Origin: Raillietiella orientalis | Lineage: Eukaryota | Direction: 5' to 3' | DNA: 64,000 nucleotides | Assembly: GCA_036172245.1 (NCBI GenBank) | Contig: JAYWIR010000021.1 | Coordinates: 682,001 to 746,000, forward strand | Part shown: piece after piece, positions 41,401-52,900 of the stretch | Layout: each line of letters starts with the position of its first letter | How positions within the stretch are numbered: the first letter of the stretch is position 1 | Position numbers and translations under genes: made by a program | The notes under the pieces: model-generated | The model's input: only the letters and a program-made list of their open reading frames with translations | Database searches by the model: none | Told to the model about the DNA's origin: nothing

Positions 41401-44400
41401 ACCAGAGATCCCGAACATTCCAGGAGTGCTTGGCTCAGCGCGATCCCTTCCCTCTGGGTCGGGAAAGTGGTTCCTCCAAGGGAGGAACCCTGATCACCGG
41501 TACGGGGATCCCCTTGCCGCCCGCGGGGGTAGCTCGAACCCCTTCCAGTGGTCCCGAGGTCGACGAGCGAGTCCGGGGGGGTGTCGCTCGCCTTCTGCCT
41601 CGCGCGCGGGGAACCCCTCGTTCTGCTCCTTCCCTTCTCAAGGACATTCGCAGCGCGCTTTGACTTCAACGCTCACATGGAGGCGCGCTCTTTCCAGCTT
41701 CCCGGGGCCCCCAACCGCCGGCCAGCAGCCGGGCGTGTTCGACGCCTCTGCAAGGGGATGCTGGGAGGTCGGGCGAAGAGGGAGCGGGAAGGAGGAACGA
41801 AGCAATATGGCCGATCTTCCGAGAAGTTGGCCCTGTGGAGCTCGGGGAGGTGGCGTCCGAGAGTTCACCCTCGCGGTTGTCCTAGCGACGCGGAACCTCC
41901 GTCCTCCAAGGGCGAGCGGGGGGGGGGGGGCTCAGGGGGGAAACGGAATCCAGAGGCGGTTCTGAACCGGGGAGGGATGGCAGCGGAGTGCTGGAGATGG
42001 CGGGAAAGAGGGCGCGGCAGTGTTTGGCGCACCATGTGCACCCCTCCGCCATCACCCCACCTCCCACGCCGCTCAAGGAGGGGCGGTCCCAAGCTGGAGC
42101 TGTCGGCACCACCAGAACCGGGAGGGCCGAGGCTGCGGATGCGAACTGGGAGCATTCATGACGCACACCACGGAAACGTTCGACACTCCGTCAACCTCTT
42201 GGCTCACCCTGGAACGCTGGAAAGAGCGGGATGGCGGATCGACGACCCATGTCGACCCCGAGCGCATGGTGAGGAGAAGCGTTGGCGGAACGCCCAGAAA
42301 ATGGGTTCCTTCCCCATTCTCTCCACCTCCAGCGGGTAGGGGGTTTCTTTTTCGCCCGTCCGCTCGCGAGCAGGCGCCACAGAAGGGCGTCATCACGTGC
42401 GCCCTTTCGCTCGAAGCGGTGCTGAAGAGCGGGTGAAAAGCTCGGAGTCAGGGGCTAGCTCCCTCCCGCTGTCTTCTGCCCCATGCCCCCGTCAAGGGGG
42501 GTGCAGACCCCTCCAGTTTTTCACGACGCCCTCCCCTGCCCTTCGACAACTTCCCCGCAGCGTTAGTAGCCCCGAGGGATGGCCTCGGACCATCAAGCGT
42601 CATCGGCGTGAACCTAGCGCTCCCCTCTCAGAGTCTCCTTCCTGCCTGGACCCGACCAATGACCCGGGAATCTTCCTCCGGAAGCGTGGAGGGTGAGAGA
42701 AGTGAGGTGGGGGAGCGCCAGCGCAGCGCCGCAGCATAGCGCAGTTTGACGAAGAACCTGAGGTCGCGCGCGCGCGCGGAAAGCGATGCCTCGGGGAGCT
42801 GCAGATTCCTGATGAGGAGAGCTGCGATGCATGTTCTAGGAGGAAGTATTGCGGGAGTGGAATCCCTCTCCTCCTCCTCTCTCTCTTCTCTGCCCGGATC
42901 CTCCGTTCCCCAGCGCGCTTCCTGCGAGGAGCGGATTCCACGGGGGCGCCCCTGGCCAGGGGAACAAAGGACGCGGTGATTCACCGTCCCGAATATTCCG
43001 GGAGGAATTCGCTTATTGGAAAGTTTCCCCTCGAAGGTTCTCCTATAAATCAAACGCCGCTTCGACAGGCCGTTCGGCGTAGCTATGGAAACGATCTCAG
43101 GAAGGCAGCGCCGCGGCCGCGCGATAACCGGCATTGAATTCGTGTGACGATGAGGAAGCTGGATGGGAAAGGAGAGGAAGCCACAAAAGGAAGAAGAAAA
43201 AAAATAAAATAAAACAAACGGGAGGGGGGGAACGCCCTCTGTTTGCCGCAGGAGAGCGCGCGGCGGCCATCACCTCTCTCGAACTGCCGCCCGCTCGATG
43301 GGGAAGGGGGCGGGGAAGGGACGCGGAAGAACCTGGCAGCGGCGGGAGGCCGGCGACGGCGGCGCGTCGTCGGGGCAGCGGTGCGCTCCTGGCAGGGGGG
43401 ATTTTCTGGCGGCGGCGGCCGCGCGGGTCGCGTGCCAGCCGGAGGGAGGAAAGGGCGGCGGTGACGAATGCCACTCACAGCCAGAAATCCTCCCCGGGAA
43501 TCGGGCGCTCCAGACCTGCTGGCGGGCTACCGCGATGTGACAACTCCCGTGAGCACTCCCGGGACTCGTCCATGGAAAAGTCAGGAGTCTGGGAGAGGGA
43601 GGCAGCGCCTCCTCTTGACGAGAGGCCGAGGATCGCTCCGGGAGAGGCCTCTCGAAGTGGGGATGCCTTGGGCTGGACGCTGACTCCGGGAACTCTACAG
43701 CATCCCTTCTGAGTGGTGGTGATCTGAACCTGGTGGGACAAAGGGTGTTCGCTTCCCTGAGTGGATACTCCCTAGGGAAGGAGCGCCCCCAAGCGAGAGG
43801 TCAGCGCTTCTCGCCTTCCCGGATACCAGCCGTCCAGAAGATCTTTATTGCCCCGCGGAGTCCCCATCCAGAGTTCTTGGGGATCGCCACGTGCTCCTGC
43901 CGTTTGAAGACGAAAAGGGGAGGGTGGGGACGAGGAAGGGGTGGGCTCGAGAGGAGGGAAAGGCGTGCTCGCTGCGTGCGCGTGCGAGCTCCTCGGCCGA
44001 AGAGCAGCACCGCCGCCGGAGGCGTTTCCTCGGCGGCGGCGGCGGCAGCCCCGCGGCGGCGAAAGGAGAGACCGAGACTTTCTCCTGGTCTGTCCTTACC
44101 TCGCTCTCGGGTCGCTCCCGCAAGGCGACTCCTTTCTCCCCTTCCCCCTCCCGGCATCATCCGGAGTCTGTGATCCCCGAAACAAATCCACCGCCTCGCG
44201 GACGGCGATTCCCTAATGCCTCCCGGACGCGCGCGAGAGAGCCTCATCCCGCCCCATTAGGGTTTCCGGGATGCTGGAAAATGAGGCTCTCCCCTGGAAG
44301 CGGCGAGGGGGGGGGGGGGAAGAACCCATTCGGGGAGACCCTCTTTCAAGGGCTTACGGGATAATCCTCCGCCCTCCGGCGCCGGGCTCCCTCGCGTCCT

Positions 44401-47400
44401 CCGGGACGTTTTTATCGCGTTCCTCCTGGAACCGGGCAGACACGGAGGGCTCTCCCGGGTCCCTGCGAGGAGAGGAAGCGGCAGCAGCGGCGGTTGGGGA
44501 GGAGGAGGAGGGCAAAGAAAGCAGGAAGGACAGAGGCGGGACGCGTCCGTTTTCTCCTCTTTCGGGATCTTTGGATCCTCCTTCTCAGCGCTACGGACTG
44601 GCTCCCTCCTCCCCCTGGACAGCGGAGGGAGCCGAGGAGAACTCTCCCCCCTACTTTCTCTCCTTCCCTCCTCTCCTCTGTTCCCGTCGACGGTACGGAG
44701 CGCGCAAGCGGGTCTCCCTGAATTTCTGCGCGCGGCGTGCGCAGGGACGCAGCGACGGCAACACGTCGCTCACGGCGTTGTTCTTTTTTCTTTCTTGCCT
44801 ACCACCGCAGGTCACCCTCGGTTCTTCAACCAGCTGACCACCGGGTTGGACCTGGTGTGCATGGTCGGGGAGTGGCTGACGGCCACCGCGTCCACCAACA
44901 TGTTCACGTACGAGATCGCCCCGGTCTTCATCTTGATGGAGCAGGTCACCTTCCAGCACATGCGGGAGATCATTGGGTGGCCCGGGGGCAAGGGGGACAG
45001 CACCTTCGCCCCGGGGGGCTCCGTGGCCAACATGTACAGCGTCATGGCGGCCAGGCACAAGATGTTCCCCCGGTGCAAGCGGGAGGGAGCCCTGGTGTAC
45101 CCCCAGCTGGTCATGTTCACCTCCGAGGACGTACGTGAGCGCGGCCAGCAGCACCGGCGAGCGCGCGCAGTGACCTCTGCCCCTGCCACTCTCTCTTGCA
45201 GTGCCACTACTCGCTGATGGGCGCCGCCGCCGCCATGGGCATCGGGACGGAAAACTGTGTCCTCGTCCCCGTGGACGGCAGGTCAGGATAGGCGCGCGCG
45301 CGGGGGACGTGGGGTGGGGATGGGACGGGGGACGCCGCGCGCGTCGCCTCTCCCCCCCCCCGTCGTGTCCTGAACCCGGAAGACGTCCCCGCCCAGGGGC
45401 AAGATGATCCCGGAGGAGCTGGAGAGGGCGATCCTGGAGTCGCGGAAGGCGGGGAAGGCGCCCTTCTACGTGAACGCCACCTCGGGGACCACCGTGCTCG
45501 GAGCATTCGACCCCATCGACGAGGTCGCCGATATCTGCGAGAAGTACGGCCTGTGGCTCCACGTGGACGTAAGCTCTGCAGAGTGGGGGGGCGAAGACCA
45601 CCACCCTCATCTCTTCTCTCTCTCTTTTCCCTCCAGGCCGCCTGGGGCGGAGGGCTGCTCTTCTCTCGGAAGCACCGCAAGCTGCGTTTCCACGGAATCG
45701 ACAGGTAGGTCGACCCCTCCCCGACTCGCCGTGCCTCCCCGCAAATCGGTAGTACCGTTTCCCCCCTCTCTTCCCTGGGAGGCACCTACCGGTCCCGGGA
45801 GAGAGATTTCTTCTTCCCCTGCGTTCTTTCCCGATGAGGCAGGGGGGTTCAGGATGCAAGAGGAGGGAGGGAGGGAAGGCAGGAGATCACCCCGGAGGGA
45901 AGGGTGACAGCACTCGGTTCGGAGCTCCCAAGAGGAAGGGGGTGGTGGTCGTCTTTCGGTTTGAGGCGTCTGCAGCGTCTCCCGGACCGTTCCTTCCCCC
46001 TCCTCCCTCCTTTCCCGCCGAAACACCGCGGGTTCTCCGGAGCGCCCCGGCACAAACCTGCCGCGCGCACCTTTCCTCTCCCTCCCTCGCCCCCGGGTCG
46101 GTTGCTGTCTCCTCGAAGCGGTGGCGTCTTCCTCCTCTCTCTCTCCCCGCTGCTTCTCTTCGTGGGCCCGTATGAGCACCACTCTTCCCTTTTCAGGGCG
46201 GACTCCGTGGTGTGGAACCCTCACAAGCTGATGGGAGCTCTGCTGCAGTGCTCCACGGTGCACTTCAAGGAGGACGTGAGTAGTGGGAAGAAAAAGGGGG
46301 AAAGGGAGGCAAGGGGACGGTGATTCCCACGGCAACGGTGGGCTGAAGGACGAGGGGAGGGGTATGCGGTTGAATCCGAGAAGGAAAGGGAAGAGGTCCA
46401 GCCCTCCGGAGCTCTCGGGAAATTCCTGCTCGCCGTCCCAGCAACCTCCCGGCGTCTCTGGGTGCCCCGCCCCTTTCGGAGAAGGGTGTACTCGCGTAGA
46501 GGGGAATAATCTCCTTGCAAGCCGGAGATCCCCTAAATCGCCCTTCCCCCCCCCCCCCCCCCGTAGGGCAGGAGACACCCTTTCCTTCCGATTCTAGCCG
46601 GGGTGGAGAAAAAAAAGGAAGGCAAAAAAAACCACCCCACAAAAAACAGGATTTTCTCTCCGCCCCTACCCCCTCTCATTGTTTTCCTGATGGAAAGACA
46701 GGGAAGGAGGAAGAACCGTCCAGGGCTGCGGCTGAGTCACCCGAGAGGTGCGGAGGCTCGGCACGCCGAGGTCGCAACTACGGCTTGCCCGCGAGCTCTC
46801 GTGAACCCTGCCTCCCCTCCTTCCGCCTCTGCTGTGCTGGAGGGGTCCCGCCAGATCGTCCGCGCAGCAGGAAGACGTCTCCGGAAACCGCGAAGTTCCC
46901 TCCCCCGCTCCCAAAGAGGAGCGACGAAAGGTCGCCGCAGGACGGAGGGGGGAGAAGCGTTTGGTAGGAAAGCAGCTGGAGTCTCGAGAGCCCCGCTGCC
47001 TTTCCGTCTTCTATCTCCTCCTCTTCCCTTCCTATTCGGGACATGGGGGTGCGACGGCACTTCCGGGAGGAAGCGTCAGAGGAACTCTACCCGATCGTCT
47101 CGGGATTGGACCTCTGCTGGCGCTCCGACAGACTGCGGCTTGAGGACAACGCGCGTCGTTCTGGGTCTCGCCGCGAGATGGCGCTCATCCACGCGACCCA
47201 TCCGATGCTTTCTCCTCGCTCATCGAAATTGGCAAGGCGGGGAAACGGCGTCCCATCCTCTGGCGCCGCCGCACGCCACGGGAGCTTCTCCGATCTTCCC
47301 TGGGGTTTCCAGGCTTTCGCCGACCGCATCCTGCCACCGCAGTCGCAGTAGCCTCCTCCCGAGATCGCAGATCGGAGGCAGCAAGACTTTCGAGATCCTG

Positions 47401-49902
47401 CCGTTCCCCTTCCGATCTTCCTCCACAGTGGAGGAAAAGAAAAGAGCAGTCCGAGAGCTTTCGGAGTCGAGGGCATTCCGTCACCCAGGAGCCACGAGTC
47501 AGTCCCGTCTGCACTCACCAAAGGCGTTCCCCCTCCCTGCCACGAAGGAAAAAAAAAACAGAAACTCTCGTGTGGTCGACGCAGCCTCCACCACCTCGCA
47601 GTCGACCCGAGATGCCCTCAAAAGTTCATCCCGGCCATTTTTGTTCTGGTTCCTCGGAACGGGAACCCAGCTTCAATCCTCTCCCCTCAGGTCTCTTAGT
47701 TAGTGTCCTCTCCCGTCCTTTCTCCCCCGTCGCTTTCCCAGCGTGGGATGGGAACGCGCGGGAAACTCCGGGGGAAGACCTCAGGGCTCCATCCTCCGGA
47801 TGTGGGCGCCATCCCAGAGGCTTCCTGATTTTCGGAAGCGTCCCACCTTCCTCCCATCGGCTCTGACTTGCTCCCGGGACGGGTGCTCGGAGGAAGAGGT
47901 TCCTTAACAGCCGGAGTGGACGAGAGACGACGCCACCATCCTGATGGAGTCATCACTGTGATCCACTTGCCCTAATGTCGCTGCTTCCGTGCCATTCCCC
48001 TCCTGTGCCCCCCCCCGTTCCTCCTGCTGGGTGTCACGGGGACGCTGTCAGCATCATGTAGGAAGCCGATGGTTCCCTCTCCTCTTCGGAAGCGAAGGAT
48101 TGCCCCAGGTCCTCCAAAAATAAGTTTCCTCCCGTGGTGCAGAGACACCGTCAGCTCCGGAGGGACGGTCGATCTCCTCCTGCTCTCAGGGCCATTTCCT
48201 GAACCGTGGACCTCTATGATCGCTCCCTCCAGTCCCCGCTGTTTTCCCCCGTCGTGCGTTCTCCTGGCAGTCCGCAAAGGACGCCAGAAGAGGGAAGGTC
48301 TCGAAGCGTCCTCCTCGGAAAGATTAGCTTTAAGAAGGGACTCTGACCACGTCGTATGGTGGTGGTGCTGGTGGAGTGTCTATCATTTCGACCCGTGCCC
48401 CATTCACGACGTTCAGGAAGTTTCGACTGGATCGCAGAGCGACTTGGGTCTTCCGCGCCAGCTTTCGTGCCTGGTGAACGTCCTTCTGCAGGGCCACTAC
48501 ACGCCGCAGTTGAGCCTCCTCTCCCAAGGGAACCTAGTCGGGCTGCAGAAGGCCGAAGGTGCAGCCAGCTACAGCATTCTGGCGGCGACGGCGAACGCGA
48601 GAGTTCGTCCACCACTGCGGTTGCTCTCGGTGATGCACCTTTCACATCGCCTACACTTGCGCAAAGCTTCGAGATTTTTCCGATGGAACTTGGATCATCT
48701 CTCCAGCATTCCAGAGGCATTCTCTGTCGCACTTTGTGCTCGGAAGTCCCAAGGACGAGCCCCGGATCCGTCGACAGGCCTTGGAAAAGGAAGCTTGAGG
48801 GCCCTTGAGGTGTTCGCCTCATTGAGTCGGACTCCCCGGACTTCCCTCCCTTCTTTCGCATGGGCAGCTTTTTCCGCTCCGGGAGGCAAGAGTGGCGTTG
48901 CCAGAGAAACTCCCAGCTTTCCAGAGGTGCAAACGCACACAGACGGGTTCGGAGAGAGACTCAGTGTGGCATCAAGCGCGGCGCTTCCGCAGGATGTGAA
49001 AAGGAGACCGCAGAAACTTGGGATGTTGATGCTAGTGATCTCCTGAATTTTTTGGAACGGGATGAAGACACTCCCTGGGTTCCTTTCAGACGGCAACTAA
49101 GCGTCCCCTCTCGGGTCCCTTCTCGATGCATCCTCCATGCGTGTGTTCCCACGCGAAGCGGACGAGCACGGAGGTCAGCGTATGCCACCAACTACTCCAG
49201 AAGTCACGAAACCGACGATCCCGGAAGCATACTCTCGCACGTTTCGCGCCGACGAAGCTTGCGGAGGAGGCGGGAGTGTCTTCTTCGCTTGCTTTGCAGA
49301 GGACATCTGCTCCCTGGAACCTGTGCGCGCTCAGATTTTACTTCCTGGAATGCTTTCCAATCGTCCGAAAAAAAATAAAAGAAGCGATGCGTTGGTCCGC
49401 CCCCATCACTCATCGGAGCACCTTTGTTTCTTGGAAGAAACGCAGATGGATTTCGGTGAAGAATCCACTCCTGTCCAGTCGGTTCTTTTTAGGTTCCTTC
49501 AAGGTTTCCGTTGGCAGGGTGAGATGAAAACAAGAGGGTTCATATTTTCGTGTCTCGCTTCGAAGAGGAAGACTTCCGGTTGCTTCCTGTCTTTGGTCTC
49601 CCCGTCTTGTCTCCTCAACGAAGCGGCGCTTTACCGGAAGTTCTCCGTTGCATGCGCTCCCTCGCGAAGCGGACGGAAGCGCGGGCGCAGCGGTCGGCGT
49701 ATGCCACCATCTCCTTCAGCTTGTCCGACGTCACGCGAAGCCCACAATCCCGGACGCATACCCTCGCACGTTTCGCGCCGACGAAGCTTGCGGGGAGGGC
49801 GGCAGTGTCTTCCTCGCTTGCTTGCTTTGCCGGAAGCTCTCCAGAATGTTTACGTGGAGCCGTTCCCAGCCCCAGCCATCGCCACCTCTGAAGCTGAACG
49901 CA

Positions 49903-49941
<39 letters not shown>

Positions 49942-52900
49942 CCGTCATCTGTCCTCGTCAGCGCGTTGAGTGCAAGGATATGCGATCTTCCCGAGGGTCC
50001 TGCTATGCTCTTTCGGCTTGGAAAGCTGCTCCTGCTGCTCGCTTAACCCTCGGTAGGCAGGGCTGCTGCTGCGGAAATGCATGAGAGGAAACCGCGGGAT
50101 CTCGGTCGGGCTGAGGTGCGCGGGACCTTCTTGATCGGCTCGGTGGAGCCGAGCCCGTTGCTGATGTGAGCAGGAGGGAGAGGACTAATGCTCTCGGTGC
50201 GCTGAACGGCAAAAAACGGAGGTGCAAACAGCGCAGCATCCCCTTGGAATCCGAGCAGCTGCGGTCCGCGGGAGATACGCAGGCGCGCGCGAGGAAGGGA
50301 AGTCGCCGTCTGCTTCCACGTCGGAAAGGCGTCCTGTCTTCCCTTACGGGCTTTTTTGGTTTCCTCCAAGCGGTGGGGACTGAGGGAGTTGGGAGATCGG
50401 GAGTCCCCATCCGCAAGTTGGAAGAGTCCCCAGTGAGACCCTGGAACCCCTAGGCACTCCTAAAGGGGGTTACTTCTCCACCGCAGAACCGCTTAAAAAA
50501 ACCATAAGGAGAGTATCAGCGGTCTTCGTTTGGAGGGGAAAGCGAGGACTCCCGAGGAAAGCAGGCCGTAACCGCCCCACTCCCATCCCCTGCGTAAACT
50601 GGAAAACAAAGGAGGCTGCAGCAGCGAGTTTCACTTCTCGGGTTCCGTGGTCAACACTGAAACAGAGTGGCGATGAGAAGTTTGTGCGAACTGCAAGAAG
50701 TAGTGGGCACCGTCAGTTCCCGTACGTGATTTATGCATCTTTTGGGGGTTGAAGACCGAGTGGGCGAAGGAGCCGAACTCGAGAAAAAAAGATAAGACAA
50801 GTTCGAAAACTCGGGGGACTCCAGTGTGTTCGAGATAAGAAGGGTGCAGAGTTCTCTCGATGGATACTTTCGTGTGTGAGGAGCTCCGAGGAAAGGCGAG
50901 GGGACACTTCGCGCACGGGCAACCCCGAGGGACCACCCCAAACGATTCGCGAACCAAAGAGGCGTGGCTTCCCCCCCCCCCCCCCCCAAACCGGGCGGAA
51001 CCCGGGACATGAAGCGGGAGCATCGGTGTCCCTGCGGAGGATCGAGAGGTGCGGGGATCGCGCGGATGCTTTCGACCGGTTTCTCGTGTGCACCCGACTC
51101 GTCCTCCAGGATGCCGAGCCTCGGCGGAGCTCCTCCTCCTGCGGTTGCAGGGCTCTCGGAGCTGCAACATCCCGCGAACTGAATCATCGCGAGTGCAGCC
51201 TCCCTGTTTTATCGCGTGTCACGGCAGATTGGTGCTTCGCGTTCGTCTTCCCACGCTCATCACGACCGACTCGAGCGCCAACAGCTCGAAGCGTATGTGG
51301 TTACCGTCTACGGTTACACGCACGCAGAGTTCGCACTCCACGCGCGCACATGCGCGGCATTCTGTCCGCGGTTTCCACCGTTTCCTTCCCAGGAGCGCGC
51401 TCTTCGCGCACCGTCCCTCCGCGTTCGAGGTGGCTGGCGCGGCCTTCGGCGGACGCGCTGCAGAACCAACCACTCCTGCGGCGGCGCAGGAACGCACCCC
51501 CACCCCACCCCACCCCAGCTCGCCGGCGGGGGCAAGCTGGGGAAGATGGCGGTGGTGCCGCGTGTGCGTCCCCAGCGGGGAGCAGGCAGGAAAAGAGAGG
51601 AGCAGCAGGAAACGGAGCGGTTGGCTCCGGTCATCCCAGGAGAGCACCAGGGCCGCCCGCCTTCCTTTCCTGGAACCGTGGTGATCCCGGTTCCCACGGC
51701 CTTCTCAACGCGCCCTTCGCGGGACGGGGCGCGAGTCCTATTGTAGGTCACTCGAGCTGCTGGTCTCACTGCTCTCCCGGATGACGTCGACTGCGGTTTT
51801 TTTTTTTTTTTTTTAAGAAAAAAACCAGCAAACCGGCATTTGCGCACAAGTGCAAAGGGGTGAGGTCAGGATGGGTGTGGTCGGTGAGAAGCTCGCCAAG
51901 AGTCACACTGTTGCTTCCTGCATGTGCTGACCTGCTGTCAGGACACGCGGTGCGCGCATGCGCAGCAAACTTCCCCTCCCCGCGCAACAGTGCCAACGCA
52001 GTGCCGACGCATTTGAGCAATAAGAAAGCAACCCGTGATGGCCGCGACGCCGCCATTTGCTGCGCGCCTCGCTCGCGATCCCCCGCGCGGTCACGTCCCA
52101 TGGCGTTCGTCCTCCCTCACTGCTGGGGAGCAGAGCTGACTCGTCGTCGTCTCGTCCGTCTCCCCTTGGTGGACGGGGGGTCGGATGGCTGGGAGAAACG
52201 GCGGGCTTCCGGAAATCGGTTTTCGCGGGGTCTCTCCCGCGCTCACCGTCCTTCTTCCGGCGAGTGCGGCCAGCCTCCTCCTCACAGGCCGCGCGCGGGG
52301 GCGGAAGCCGGTAATCGGGCGGGGATCCTCGGGGAAAAGATTCCGCGATGGCAGCTCCGACGTGACCTTGGAGGAACAGTCAATCCTCTCCTTCCTCCCC
52401 CCGACTGCGCTGCGATTCTTTCCTCTCCTTCCGCCACCTGCATTCGCGATCACTCCTTGCTGGTGGCGGCAGGGAGTGAGCGGGTCCAGGGGCCAGCATC
52501 GCAACCCCCTCCCCTTCCCCCCTCCTCTCCTCTGTAGTCAGTTGCGCGCGCGCGCCCTCTGGTTTTCGTTTCCGTCGGGGGCGGTGGCCACAGCGCCACC
52601 TGCACTCGCGTTTCACAACTCCGCCCCTGCTCGTGTCATCGGGAGAGATTTCGGGCGATGAGGATTCCGGCTTCCTCCGACCGAGCTCCTCTTCTTCCCG
52701 CATTCCTCCCCCTCCCTCCTCCACTTCCGACTGGCGAGGGGGAGGCAGATTTCGCCACCGCCATCGCGCGCGCCGCTTTTCGCAATCGGGCTCCATTATT
52801 CATGAAGTGACGCAAGGTGCAGTCTGTCTCCTTGGTTTCCCCCCAGCATCCTCCGGGCACCCTCTCCCTTCTGGCTCGCTCCCTTCTTTCGCCTTGTCTT

